Shown: positions 1 to 9,569, numbered from the stretch's first letter. The stretch: DNA of 64,000 nucleotides from Candidatus Subterrananammoxibius californiae (GCA_030586555.1 JAURAC010000006.1:1-64000), one strand, 5' to 3'. Numbers and translations: made by a program. The notes: generated by a model from the letters alone, not told the origin.

Positions 1-940
1 GGAAGACGTTGAAACAGAAAGACGTATTATTAAGGAGGAGATAGGCCACTTTGTAGACGTCAAGGGCGACTATGTGTGCATTGATGACCTTTCTTATAAT
101 CTCATGTGGAGGGGCAATTCCCTTAATGCAGCGTCTATAGGCAATGAAAAAATAATCAGTAGTTTTAAAAGGGACGATATTGATGCTCATTATAGAAAGC
201 ACTTCGTTCCCGAAAATATAGTGCTATGCATCAGTGGCAATATTGAGAAGGAAAAGGCTAATAGTGTCGTACAGGAGCTTTTTGGAGGCTTTAGCGGCAA
301 ACTAACAATAAAGAAACCCACGCTGCAGAACGGGCAGGAATCCCCCATGTATTTTTTCAAAAAATCTCCAGCGCCTCTAATATGCTTTAAACTCTGTCAC
401 AAGGCGTATCCCTACAGGCATCCAGACGTCATCATTATGCAGTTGATTGCCGATGTTCTGGGAGGCGGAATAAGCTCCAGGCTCCTTTCTAACGTTCGCG
501 AAAAGCTCGGGCTCGTTTACGAAATTGGGTCATACCCCACCTTGTTTTCGGATGTGGGTTCAATTGATATTTTGACGTCCACCAAGCCTGCCAATTTCGA
601 CAAGACGGCTAAAGCCGTTATTGGAGAGGTAAATTTACTTGTAGAACATGGCATTACCCCCGAAGAGTTGAAGCGCACGGAGGAAAGGGTTTTCACACAA
701 ACGCAATTCATCATGGATAGTCCACTGCTCATGGCTAACTGGTTTGGAATTGAGGAACTCTTAATCTCGCCACAAACCCCTGATACTCCGGAAAAGCAAG
801 CACAGAAGGTACGGGAGGTGAAGCCAGAAAAAATATCCCATGTGATAACTGACATCTTCACGCCCCAGAAACGAAATCTTGTTGTTGTTGGTCCATTTAG
901 CTGGATGAAGAAAAGAAAGGTATTAGCCTTGATTCAGTAG
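1..940 (+). CDS. M16 family Zn-dependent peptidase, 5'-truncated by the window edge
   Basis: Frame is open from nt 2 (EDVETERRIIKEEI); M16 C-domain motif LGGGISSRLLSNVREKLGLVY. Confidence 0.85.
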   Translation, partial: EDVETERRIIKEEIGHFVDVKGDYVCIDDLSYNLMWRGNSLNAASIGNEKIISSFKRDDIDAHYRKHFVPENIVLCISGNIEKEKANSVVQELFGGFSGKLTIKKPTLQNGQESPMYFFKKSPAPLICFKLCHKAYPYRHPDVIIMQLIADVLGGGISSRLLSNVREKLGLVYEIGSYPTLFSDVGSIDILTSTKPANFDKTAKAVIGEVNLLVEHGITPEELKRTEERVFTQTQFIMDSPLLMANWFGIEELLISPQTPDTPEKQAQKVREVKPEKISHVITDIFTPQKRNLVVVGPFSWMKKRKVLALIQ

Positions 941-941
941 A

Positions 942-1021
942 TGAAAAGGTCAAAAGGCTAAGAGGTGAAAAGACACTTCTTAATCTTTTAACCTCTTGAC
1001 CCTTGAGCCTCTTCACCTCTT
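942..1021. repeat. Octamer tandem array followed by its inverted array; possible bidirectional terminator
   Basis: TGAAAAGG/TCAAAAGG/CTAAGAGG then CCTCTTGA/CCTCTTCA-type units between convergent genes; same family at 55795-55870. Confidence 0.7.
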
Positions 1022-2148
1022 TACCTTTTTAGGGTTATGCTTGCGGTGGTCGGTTCACAAATTTCCCCAGATTTTTTGCACTGAATAAAAATGGTTTTTA
1101 ACCCTTCACCTCTTCTTATACGCCACTGTATCAGATGCGAAGCAGGTCGCCACTTTGTCCAGTTAGTCCCATCATTTGAAAAGCGTATATTGGTCGCATC
1201 GCGGTCAAAAAGGATAAACAGAGTTACCCTTCCTTTTGTAGTATATTGAGCACCGTTATTAATGATGGCTGAACAGCATTTAAAGCCCGTAATTTTAATT
1301 ATGCGGTTAAAACCTTGTTCAGATACGTAGAGGTTACCTGTCGAATCAAATGCCATCCCCTGAGGCGATGATAACCCGCTTGCAAAGGTAGTGGTTAAAC
1401 CGCTTGCCGGGTCAACAATAAGTATCCTGCCATCTGGCGAGGCATCTTCCGTTACAAATAAAAGACCCGTGGTGTTATCGAAGAGGATATTGTCTGGCTC
1501 TATTATTCCGGCAGATTCTGGAACGAGTACACTAACATTGGCATCGGGTGTAACTTTAAGAATACGGTTTGTGACTGTTTCGGCAATGTAAAGGGTTCCA
1601 AGGTCATCAAGCGTGATGCCTTCCGGGCGATGTAGACCCAAGAGAAAAGTAGTTACACTTCCGGATGTTGGTTCGTAGATGAGAACCCTACCCGGGTTTG
1701 TATCCTCAGCTATATATAGATTGCCATTTAAAGGGTTAAGGGCTATGCCCTCGGGATTATTGACCATAGATTCTGGGACAATAACGCTTATATTGCCATT
1801 TGTATCAATCTTTGAGACCCGCCCTGGCACTACCTCCTCAGAAACATAAATGAGTCCTGTTAAAGCGTCAAATACAAGCCCATCTGCTCTGCTTAAACCA
1901 TTTACGAAGGATGTTGTACCCCCATTTTCATCTATTCTGGAGATTCCACCATTATAATTCCCAATCTCCTTTGCGGCATAAAGATTTCTTATGAAGTCAA
2001 AGGTTAAGCCATCGGGATTTGTTATTTCGCTTGCAAAGATTGAAGCAGCAAATCCATCCGGCACTATAACCTCGGCGGATGCGTGGCAATACGTGACCAA
2101 AGGGAATAAAAAACTATATAAAATAATTTTAGCAGTTTGTCTTGCCAT
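1021..2148 (-). CDS. Secreted NHL/SMP-30-like beta-propeller protein with a C-terminal beta-sandwich-like domain
   Basis: Signal-peptide-like N-terminus; repeated P(D/E)G(I/L)xxD..G.(L/I)Y(V/I)(S/A)E blades; start at MARQ inferred. Confidence 0.75.
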   Translation of the reverse strand: MARQTAKIILYSFLFPLVTYCHASAEVIVPDGFAASIFASEITNPDGLTFDFIRNLYAAKEIGNYNGGISRIDENGGTTSFVNGLSRADGLVFDALTGLIYVSEEVVPGRVSKIDTNGNISVIVPESMVNNPEGIALNPLNGNLYIAEDTNPGRVLIYEPTSGSVTTFLLGLHRPEGITLDDLGTLYIAETVTNRILKVTPDANVSVLVPESAGIIEPDNILFDNTTGLLFVTEDASPDGRILIVDPASGLTTTFASGLSSPQGMAFDSTGNLYVSEQGFNRIIKITGFKCCSAIINNGAQYTTKGRVTLFILFDRDATNIRFSNDGTNWTKWRPASHLIQWRIRRGEGLKTIFIQCKKSGEICEPTTASITLKR

Positions 2149-2236
2149 TTTATTATTACTCAATATCTTATTAAATATCTTGCAAAATAACAAGACCATT
2201 TCTCCAGGCTTACCACAGGGTTAAGATGATTTTCAT

Positions 2237-2289
2237 TTGACAAATTTGTTTCTATATTGTATAAATAAGTAGTTACTAAAACACTTAAT
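2237..2289 (+). promoter_or_regulatory. Putative sigma70 promoter and ArsR operator upstream of the first arsR
   Basis: TTGACA at 2237; 2265-2289 matches the palindromic box at 2744-2768 at 18/25 positions. Confidence 0.5.
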
Positions 2290-2308
2290 CAAAAATGAGC
2301 CTGAGTAT

Positions 2309-2722
2309 ATGAAGTTAGAACCTTCCGAAATGTTTAAAGCGTTGGCAGTGGAAACGCGGGTTAAAATAATTGAACTCCTGAAGTCCAAAGGACCCCTCGG
2401 CGCTAAAAATATTGCGGAACTGGTGGGTATAACACCAGCTGCCGTATCACAACATCTAAAAATATTAAGGCACACAGGCCTTGTTAGGAGCGAAAGGAAG
2501 GGGTATTGGATACCGTATTCAATAGACGAAGAAGCGTTAGAAAACTGCCGTCAGATATTGAACAAAGTCTGCACATGCGGGTGCCGGGGAACAGGTAAAT
2601 TCAGAGAGAAAGAATTAAGCAGCTCGAGTTTAAAATCACTGAAGAAATATGAGAAGGAATTGCTAAATGAGATTAGAACTGTCCGAGAAAGGATTAAGGA
2701 AATAGGATCCATGAGGAAGTAG
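2309..2722 (+). CDS. ArsR/SmtB family repressor with C-terminal CxCGC and a coiled-coil tail
   Basis: FKALAVETRVKII...AVSQHLKILR...GLVRSERKG winged HTH; CTCGC motif. Confidence 0.9.
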   Translation: MKLEPSEMFKALAVETRVKIIELLKSKGPLGAKNIAELVGITPAAVSQHLKILRHTGLVRSERKGYWIPYSIDEEALENCRQILNKVCTCGCRGTGKFREKELSSSSLKSLKKYEKELLNEIRTVRERIKEIGSMRK

Positions 2723-2742
2723 ATAAATTTTTTGCACTTGTG

Positions 2743-2768
2743 TTTAAGTTATTGCTTAAATACCTAAT
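2743..2768. promoter_or_regulatory. Putative second ArsR operator
   Basis: TTTAAG-N6-CTTAAA palindrome, similar to 2265-2289. Confidence 0.5.
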
Positions 2769-2846
2769 TATCATCTTCAGGGTTAACTTCCACAATGAGG
2801 GGACATAGTTTCATAAACTACAGCTTACGGAAAGGGGGTGATAAGA

Positions 2847-2909
2847 ATGGCTAACAGGAAACGCATTTGCGTCTGTGGATGCCCGAAAAAGCCTAAGGAT
2901 TCTAAGTAG
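2847..2909 (+). CDS. Unannotated 20-aa Cys peptide MANRKRICVCGCPKKPKDSK
   Basis: Strong SD AAGGGGGTGA 5 nt before ATG; hairpin downstream; CVCGC mirrors the ArsR CTCGC. Confidence 0.6.
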   Translation: MANRKRICVCGCPKKPKDSK

Positions 2910-2933
2910 GCGATATTCGGCTGGGCTTCACCA

Positions 2934-2964
2934 AAGGGGGTGACACATAAGTAGTCACCCCCTT
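2934..2964. terminator. 11-bp hairpin
   Basis: AAGGGGGTGAC-N9-GTCACCCCCTT. Confidence 0.6.
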
Positions 2965-3047
2965 AAAAACTTCCTTGATTTTTTCCTCTATTTATGTTAT
3001 TTTACAAACACCCTAACCTGGCGCATTATATTTATGAATAAAGCGTT

Positions 3048-4526
3048 ATGAACATACTTTTGCTATCCATGCCGGACTGCGCCCCGTACTTCAATGCAAA
3101 ACGGTGGAAGCCGCCAAGCCTTGCTATGGCATCCATCGCAGGAAATATTGATGCGCATCATAAAGTTCACATCGCAGACCTTATCCTGAAAAGGGACAAA
3201 ATAAAGGACATCGTCCCGGAACTTATTCACACATACAATCCTGATGTGGTCGGGCTGGGCGCTATGAGCTTCCAGTTCGAAACCGCAAAGAGGATTGCTA
3301 CACTTATTAAAGCTACCAATAAACACATAAAAACCATTCTCGGCGGCTATCATGCAACACTCATGTATCAGGAGCTGTCTAACAATTCCGTTTCATCCGC
3401 CTCAGGCGGATTTGACTTCTTTTTCAGGGGCGAAGGAGATATCGGTTTTAACGAATTTTTAGAGGCAGTAGAAGGAAAGCGCGGGTTTGGCAGTGTCCAG
3501 GGGCTCTCTTACCACCTGAACGGCAACTTCGTCCATAATCCACCCCGACCGCTTGAGGACCTGCATAAGATAAAGATACCTGACAGGTCTAAAAGGATAT
3601 GGCGGGGGTATCATTATTACGGTTTCACACTTGAGGTCATAGAATCCTCAAGGGGCTGTACAATGCCTTGCAATTTTTGCAGTATGGATAAGATGTACGG
3701 GAAAAATTTCAGAGCTTATGATATAGAAAGGGTCATCAGGGACATCGGAGACGCAAAAAAGCACGGCGCTACCTGCATGATATTCGCAGATGATAATTTT
3801 GCCCTCAATATTCCCAGATTTGAGAATCTCTGCGATGCAATCGTTGAGGCAGGACACAACGACGTATGGTATATAATCCAGGCAAGCAGTATTGGCATTG
3901 CTTCCTCAGATACGCTTGTAGAGAAGATGGCAAAGGCAGGGTTTAAGATTGTCTTTCTCGGCATCGAAAATGTTTCTGAGGAAAATCTCATGCGCATGAA
4001 GAAGGGAAGGATTCTTGAGAAGACAAAGATTGCTATTAAGAGACTGCACGACTATAACATCATGATTGTTGGCGGTATGATACTCGGCAACCCGGATGAT
4101 AAGGAAGAGGATATTGCGCGAAATTATAAGTTCTTTCGCGAAAATAATATAGACTTTCTCGGAGACCAGATTCTAACCCCCTATCCCAAGACCGGGGCTC
4201 GGGAAGAGATGCTTGAATTGGGCCTTGTAACAAATATTGATGACTTCACTAAGTATAACGGCTTCTGGGCAAATGTTAGAACTTATCACCTTTCTTCGCA
4301 CGATTTGCAATTTTTACGCTGGAAGCATAATAAAAAATACTCAGATATTGTTTGCACAACACCTGCATTCAAAAAAAACTATCCAATGGGGTATCTTTAC
4401 AGGGCTTGCATACAAAGACCCATCAGAAGAATTGAAAGCTTATTATCTGGCAAAAAAACCGTGGATGAGGAAGAACTTTACAGGAAAGACATGGAAAAAG
4501 CTGAGGCATTAAACAAATTCTTTTAG
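3048..4526 (+). CDS. Cobalamin-binding radical SAM protein (class B methyltransferase-like)
   Basis: N-terminal B12-binding fold (PDVVGL, ILGGYHAT); SRGCTMPCNFC CxxxCxxC motif. Confidence 0.9.
   Translation: MNILLLSMPDCAPYFNAKRWKPPSLAMASIAGNIDAHHKVHIADLILKRDKIKDIVPELIHTYNPDVVGLGAMSFQFETAKRIATLIKATNKHIKTILGGYHATLMYQELSNNSVSSASGGFDFFFRGEGDIGFNEFLEAVEGKRGFGSVQGLSYHLNGNFVHNPPRPLEDLHKIKIPDRSKRIWRGYHYYGFTLEVIESSRGCTMPCNFCSMDKMYGKNFRAYDIERVIRDIGDAKKHGATCMIFADDNFALNIPRFENLCDAIVEAGHNDVWYIIQASSIGIASSDTLVEKMAKAGFKIVFLGIENVSEENLMRMKKGRILEKTKIAIKRLHDYNIMIVGGMILGNPDDKEEDIARNYKFFRENNIDFLGDQILTPYPKTGAREEMLELGLVTNIDDFTKYNGFWANVRTYHLSSHDLQFLRWKHNKKYSDIVCTTPAFKKNYPMGYLYRACIQRPIRRIESLLSGKKTVDEEELYRKDMEKAEALNKFF
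3396..3410. repeat. 15-bp mini-hairpin TCCGCCTCAGGCGGA in frame (SASGG) in the radical SAM gene
   Basis: Identical or variant copies at 11124, 13645, 24526, 27801, 37482, 43529, 50125, 50809, 52479, 56589. Confidence 0.75.
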
Positions 4527-4641
4527 TACCAATATGCAAGCCAAAGATTATGCGCGTTCGATTACAAAATACATCACATTGTCCCTAACCAAAACAATGT
4601 GTCGGTCTCGTTAAGGGCGGGACCAAATTGAAGGAGGAAAC

Positions 4642-5496
4642 ATGAGTAAGATAATGGACAGAAATAAGCTGGGGCGAGGACTTGATTCTTTACTGGGAGA
4701 GGTTATTGAAATTAACGAAGGCGAAAGGATTTTACAGCTTTCCCCGGGAGAGATTCGTCCAAATACCCTTCAGCCGCGGGAGAATTTTGACCACGGGGTG
4801 ATGGATGGATTCGTTGAGTCCATTAAGGCGCATGGCATCCTGCAGCCTGTGGTTGTAAGGTGGACTGGCGATGGATACGAACTCATAGCAGGAGAGAGGC
4901 GTTGGAGGGCGGCAAAGCAATTAGGCATGGCTGCGATTCCTGCTGTATTAAGGAATGTTGACGGCGAAAAGGCGCTTGCGCTTGCCCTTATAGAGAATAT
5001 CCAGCGGGAAGACCTTAATCCAATAGAAAAGGCAAAGGCATTTGTAAACCTCATGAAGAACTTCGGCCTTACGCAGGAGAGGGTTGCTGAATGCATTGGG
5101 ATGGATAGGTCAACCGTAACAAATATGATAAGGCTCTTAGAACTTCCATCTGATATTCAAGGGTATGTTTCACGTGGAACAATCTCCGTTGGGCACGCCA
5201 GGGCATTATTATCATTGCAAAACGAGAAGGAGCAGAGAAGCCTTTGCGACTGCATTATAAGAGAGGGGCTTTCTGTAAGGGATGTGGAGGCACTTGTCTC
5301 GGGGGCGAAAAAGCCTGCCGAATCAAGACAAAAGACAACAAAGGAGACACATACCCGTCACCTCGAAGACCGCTTGAGGGAAGCGCTCGGCACAATGGTA
5401 ACAATCACGGAACGCAATGGTAAAGGAAAAATCATTATAAACTTCAAAGGGCTTGACCAGTTTGAACGAATTATGCAACGAATAGGTGCGGTTTAG
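4642..5496 (+). CDS. parB: Chromosome partitioning protein ParB/Spo0J
   Basis: LGRGLDSL, QPR, HGILQP, YELIAGERRWRAA and ENIQREDLNPIEKA motifs. Confidence 0.95.
   Translation: MSKIMDRNKLGRGLDSLLGEVIEINEGERILQLSPGEIRPNTLQPRENFDHGVMDGFVESIKAHGILQPVVVRWTGDGYELIAGERRWRAAKQLGMAAIPAVLRNVDGEKALALALIENIQREDLNPIEKAKAFVNLMKNFGLTQERVAECIGMDRSTVTNMIRLLELPSDIQGYVSRGTISVGHARALLSLQNEKEQRSLCDCIIREGLSVRDVEALVSGAKKPAESRQKTTKETHTRHLEDRLREALGTMVTITERNGKGKIIINFKGLDQFERIMQRIGAV
5166..5181. promoter_or_regulatory. parS: parS site inside parB
   Basis: TGTTTCACGTGGAACA, one mismatch from the consensus palindrome. Confidence 0.85.
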
Positions 5497-5511
5497 GGCA
5501 ATTACTAACTA

Positions 5512-5527
5512 TGTTTCACGTGAAACA
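5512..5527. promoter_or_regulatory. parS: parS site
   Basis: Perfect TGTTTCACGTGAAACA 15 nt after the parB stop. Confidence 0.92.
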
Positions 5528-5996
5528 TATCTGCACCATCACAACAATTAGCGAAACAGGAATTGGCACTTCCTCAAATGCACAATTTTAAGTATTTTTG
5601 TGTTACCAGCTTAAGCACATTTACCTTACCATAGGAGGCATAAAAGAGGAAATATAATTTCTTGTTATTATTACCCGGTCTAATGCCATAGATAGCAGGA
5701 AAGAAGGGTAATGGCAGTCCCAACTTCCTTATACACACGGCGTTAAGCCTATTAAACAAGATAGTAATAGATTTTTTTAAGGAGGTGAAGCATAGAAAAC
5801 AGGAATTGTGACTTCTTGATAACGCTTTTATGTACTTCCGAAGATTTTGCATGTTGTGCCATATACGATTGAAACAGCCTGACTTGCACTATTTTAAGCA
5901 TCTATCTCTTTAATAGGAACAGCATTTGCGCTATTAAAACCCTACACGCAGATGCTAAAGGAGCATTTGCTATTATTTGAAAGGGGGTGAAAGCAA

Positions 5997-6185
5997 ATGG
6001 GCAAGTTGTTTGTGTACGTAGCGGTTGCAGCATTCACATTGGGCTTGGGGGGTTATGTATCAACAGTAAAAGCCTCCACCTCCACTGTCTTCGTTCAGGC
6101 CGAAGAAAAGAAGTGTGAGAAGTGTGGTCACTTACCAAGCAAGCCAGAAGGGGATTGCAAGTGCGAATGCCATCATAAGCACTAA
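5997..6185 (+). CDS. Small exported Cys/His-rich protein (62 aa)
   Basis: SD AAGGGGGTGA; signal peptide ending VKA; CEKCGH...CKCECHHKH; terminator follows. Confidence 0.75.
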   Translation: MGKLFVYVAVAAFTLGLGGYVSTVKASTSTVFVQAEEKKCEKCGHLPSKPEGDCKCECHHKH

Positions 6186-6196
6186 TCCATAAAACA

Positions 6197-6236
6197 CAGA
6201 GGGCGCTCTGCTTTTAGCGGGGCGCCTTTCTTTTTG
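6197..6236 (+). terminator. Rho-independent terminator
   Basis: GGGCGCTCTGC-TTTTA-GCGGGGCGCCT stem followed by a T-rich tail. Confidence 0.7.
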
Positions 6237-6283
6237 AAGAACTAAATAGAATCATCTAAACAGAAAAATAAAGAGCAAAATTC

Positions 6284-6332
6284 AACCTCTCCTTTATCCC
6301 CTCCTTACAAAGGAGGGGATTGAGGGGTGGTT
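6284..6332. repeat. C/G-run palindromic element (CCCCTCCTT-n-AAGGAGGGG family)
   Basis: Related copies at 17315-17417 (x2), 31672-31720, 35335-35382, 57328-57374; looser relatives at 32141, 46119, 56526. Confidence 0.8.
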
Positions 6333-6355
6333 ATAGATTGTCTTGGCCGTTTTAA

Positions 6356-6405
6356 TTCCTGAACCTGTCATGCCATGTCGACATGGCGCGGTCAGGAACA
6401 GGTTT
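6356..6405. repeat. TTCCTGAACC..CAGGAACAGGTTT element carrying a 24-bp nested hairpin
   Basis: Empty copy at 7896-7921; this copy has an extra TGCCATGTCGACATGGCGCGGTCA with GTCA duplicated; third copy at 53403-53442. Confidence 0.75.
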
Positions 6406-6604
6406 TGAATTTTCGTTTACCCCGTTATAAGCCCCACCATTTTAAGACACCCCTTGTAGAGTTGCTTATTGGTTTATTTTAAAGCTTCTAAGGGGGTTTG
6501 ATATTTCTATTGAATTACTTCACCTCTCCAGAATTTACCACCATCCAAATTTTTCCTGCATCTTGTTTTGTCATACCTAATCTGTTATCATATTTAAGAA
6601 TATC

Positions 6605-7780
6605 ATGGCCAATGGTAGATTTGGCATTTCAAAGAATGTATTCATATTAGGGCTGGTCAGTTTCTTTAATGACATTGCCTCGGAGATGATTTACCCCATA
6701 GTGCCTATTTTTCTGACATCGGTTTTAGGGGCGCCGATGGCAATTGTAGGGCTAATCGAGGGCATTGCCGAATCAACGGCAAGCATACTGAAGGTCTTTT
6801 CTGGCTGGCTTTCGGATAAGGCTGGAAAGAGGAAGCCGTTTACGGTAATGGGTTACAGCCTTTCGACCTTTGCAAAACCGCTTTTGTTTTTTGCCAATGC
6901 ATGGTATGTAGTTTTAATAGCACGTTTTGTGGACAGGATGGGTAAGGGATTGCGGGCGCCTGCAAGGGATGCCTTAATAGCCGATTCAGCCCTTGAAGGC
7001 ACCATTGGAAGGTCCTTCGGTTTCCACAGAGGAATGGACACGGCTGGTGCAACGGTAGGGCCGCTTCTTGCCCTCTTACTAATCTATATTTTTAATAACA
7101 ACTTCCGCCCAATATTCCTCATCACAATTATCCCATCCGCAATTGGGGTTCTTTTGTTATTGTTCCTTGTAAAAGAGAAGGTGAGGAATATCGCCGTTCA
7201 TGCAGAGCCTGTAAAACTAAATATAAAGCAATTTAGCCCACAGTTTAAAATGTTCCTGCTAATCAGCCTGGTTTTTGCTGTGGGGAACAGTTCCGATGCC
7301 TTTCTAATCCTTCGAGCAAAGGACCTGGGTTTCACTACATTTTCCGTTGTTTTAGCCTATGTGGTATATAATTTCTTTTATTCATTTCTTTCACTGCCAT
7401 TCGGTCATTTATCAGACAGAATCGGGCGCAAAAGGGTAATCACAGCAGGCTTTTTAGTCTTTGCCCTCGTCTATTTTGGGTTTGCCTTATCAAATAACCC
7501 CGTAAATTGCTGGTTTTTATTTGCTATTTATGGATTTTATATGGCTCTCACGGAAGGGGTTAGCAAGGCATACATCTGCGACTTAACGCCATCGAATAAA
7601 AGGGGCACTGCCCTTGGGGTTTATTATACACTTACTGGCATGGTTACCTTTTTCGCGAGCCTCGTTGCCGGCTTACTCTGGAATTACGTTAGCGCCGGGG
7701 CGCCGTTTATATACGGAGGGATGATGGCTCTCCTTGCATGTTTGTTGTTCATAACCCTAAAGCCAAACCACGAGGGATAG
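6605..7780 (+). CDS. MFS transporter
   Basis: About 12 TM segments; GWLSDKAGKRK and GHLSDRIGRK motif A. Confidence 0.9.
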   Translation: MANGRFGISKNVFILGLVSFFNDIASEMIYPIVPIFLTSVLGAPMAIVGLIEGIAESTASILKVFSGWLSDKAGKRKPFTVMGYSLSTFAKPLLFFANAWYVVLIARFVDRMGKGLRAPARDALIADSALEGTIGRSFGFHRGMDTAGATVGPLLALLLIYIFNNNFRPIFLITIIPSAIGVLLLLFLVKEKVRNIAVHAEPVKLNIKQFSPQFKMFLLISLVFAVGNSSDAFLILRAKDLGFTTFSVVLAYVVYNFFYSFLSLPFGHLSDRIGRKRVITAGFLVFALVYFGFALSNNPVNCWFLFAIYGFYMALTEGVSKAYICDLTPSNKRGTALGVYYTLTGMVTFFASLVAGLLWNYVSAGAPFIYGGMMALLACLLFITLKPNHEG

Positions 7781-7804
7781 GGGCGTATAGCAATACGCCC
7801 CTAC
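7778..7804. repeat. GTAG-type REP palindrome overlapping the MFS stop codon
   Basis: TAGGGGCGTATAGCAATACGCCCCTAC. Confidence 0.8.
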
Positions 7805-7885
7805 TCAGGGTTGCCTTCGGTTAGCCATTTATATATTTTGAGTTCCCTTTCAGCCCTACCGAACATGCCTTTTTTATTGTAGATT
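7801..7885 (-). pseudogene. Displaced, diverged copy of the last 27 codons of the DnaJ-TPR gene
   Basis: Encodes IYNKKGMFGRAERELKIYKWLTEGNPE* versus IYNKKGMFDRAERELEIYKWLTGEDTE* at 9639-9723. Confidence 0.9.
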
Positions 7886-7935
7886 TCACTTCAAATTCCT
7901 GAACCTGTCAGGAACAGGTTTTTTTTGATGGATAC

Positions 7936-7989
7936 TTGACAAAATCTGCATATTGTGATATTATTAACATATCAAGATATATTAATATG
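7936..7989 (+). promoter_or_regulatory. sigma70 promoter and ArsR operator of arsR-acr3
   Basis: TTGACA(7936)-17-TATTAT; imperfect inverted repeat CATATCAA-GATATA-TTAATATG at 7968-7989. Confidence 0.65.
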
Positions 7990-7997
7990 AGGACAAT

Positions 7998-8330
7998 ATG
8001 GAATTGATTGTTGAATTTAAGGCATTGGCAGACCATACAAGGCTTAGAATATTGGGCATATTACTCAACAGGAGTCTTTGTGTTTGTGAGATAATGGACA
8101 TCCTTGGAATGACTCAGTCCAGGATATCAAGGCATTTGGGGGTACTGAAACAGGCAGGATTCGTTAAGGAAGAAAGAAGGGGTAAGTGGGTTATTTACAG
8201 AATCGCTCACAAACGTAGTGCTGTTCTTGCTTATATTCAAAAGCAACTTAAAGGCGACCATTCACATACAATTGATTTGGCAAGAATAAAAAGGACATTG
8301 AGAAAAAAGCTTTGCCCAATAGACTATTAA
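7998..8330 (+). CDS. arsR: Arsenite-responsive ArsR repressor
   Basis: LCVCEI alpha3 metal site; SRISRHLGVLKQAG; directly upstream of acr3. Confidence 0.9.
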   Translation: MELIVEFKALADHTRLRILGILLNRSLCVCEIMDILGMTQSRISRHLGVLKQAGFVKEERRGKWVIYRIAHKRSAVLAYIQKQLKGDHSHTIDLARIKRTLRKKLCPIDY

Positions 8331-8348
8331 TTATCGGGAATTAATAAA

Positions 8349-9569
8349 ATGAAACGTAGTCTAAATATCTTTGAGAAGTTTCTTCCACTGTGGGTTTTGT
8401 TATGTATCATCGGTGGGATAATGTTGGGTAGACTTGCCCCTGAGGTTGCTCTTAAGTTGGATTCTTTTTCTTACTATCAGGTCTCCATCCCCATTGCTAT
8501 ATGCCTCTTCTTTATGATGTATCCCATTATGGTAAAAATAGACTTTGCGGAGGTGATAAAAGCAGGAAAAACCCCTAAACCAGTGTTATTGACCTTATTT
8601 GTTAACTGGGCAATAAAGCCTTTCACTATGTATGCAATCGCAACAGTCTTTCTTGGCTATGTCTTCAGGGATTACTTGCCAGGAATAGAAGTGGTGAAGT
8701 CCGGGCAGGACGTGGAACTATGGCGGAGCTACATTTCAGGGTGCATACTCCTTGGTATTGCCCCATGCACGGCAATGGTGTTGATGTGGAGCTACCTTGC
8801 TGAGGGAAATGATGGGCTCACGCTTGTAATGGTGGCGATTAACTCGCTGAGCATGTTAGTTCTTTACGGACCTCTTGGAGGGTTTCTTCTCGGTGTCAAC
8901 GCTATGCCGATTCCGTGGCAGACTATTTTACTATCGGTACTTATTTATGTTGCCCTACCACTTTTAGCTGGTTATATTTCAAGAAAATTGGTTATAAGGA
9001 CTATGGGGTTGGCTTGGTTTCAAAGTAGATTTTTACGTTGTTTAACCCCTGTAAGTATAATTGCCTTACTTGCAACCCTTGTCCTACTTTTCTCTTTTAA
9101 AGGGGAAATCATAGTTGCCAACCCATTAACCATTATATGGATTGCCATACCCTTGTTTGTTCAAACAATGTTTATTTTCAGCCTTACCTATGGCTTGGCA
9201 AGATTGTTAAGTCTTACGTATAGGGACGCCGCACCGTCAGCAATGATAGGCGCATCCAATCATTTTGAGGTGGCTATTGCTACCGCTACGATGTTATTTG
9301 GGCTATCTTCTGGCGCTGCCCTGGCTACTGTGGTTGGGGTTCTAATTGAAGTGCCTGTAATGTTAGGATTAGTAGCCTTTTGCAAATTAACACGCAACTG
9401 GTTCAGGGAGCGAGGTTCAGAACTCCGTCAGGTTAGCTTGCGTTTATCCGATATAGAAATGTGTATATCAGAAATTCAAAAACGTTTTGTCCACCGCCAA
9501 GAGTTTGATGACTTAATGACAAGGGTGAAATGTTTGGAAGGCAAATTAGGCGTAAATAGTAGTAAGTAA
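8349..9569 (+). CDS. acr3: ACR3 family arsenite efflux transporter with an extra C-terminal coiled-coil
   Basis: [27 protein letters not shown] and GVLIEVPVM motifs. Confidence 0.95.
   Translation: MKRSLNIFEKFLPLWVLLCIIGGIMLGRLAPEVALKLDSFSYYQVSIPIAICLFFMMYPIMVKIDFAEVIKAGKTPKPVLLTLFVNWAIKPFTMYAIATVFLGYVFRDYLPGIEVVKSGQDVELWRSYISGCILLGIAPCTAMVLMWSYLAEGNDGLTLVMVAINSLSMLVLYGPLGGFLLGVNAMPIPWQTILLSVLIYVALPLLAGYISRKLVIRTMGLAWFQSRFLRCLTPVSIIALLATLVLLFSFKGEIIVANPLTIIWIAIPLFVQTMFIFSLTYGLARLLSLTYRDAAPSAMIGASNHFEVAIATATMLFGLSSGAALATVVGVLIEVPVMLGLVAFCKLTRNWFRERGSELRQVSLRLSDIEMCISEIQKRFVHRQEFDDLMTRVKCLEGKLGVNSSK

Noticed and set aside
3048..4526. Assigning the B12 radical SAM gene (or fabG) to ladderane biosynthesis
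   Set aside because: No supporting cluster in the window and the taxonomy is only inferred.
5530..5990. Possible oriC after parS
   Set aside because: Only one DnaA-box-like TTATACACA (5729), no box cluster and no dnaA nearby.
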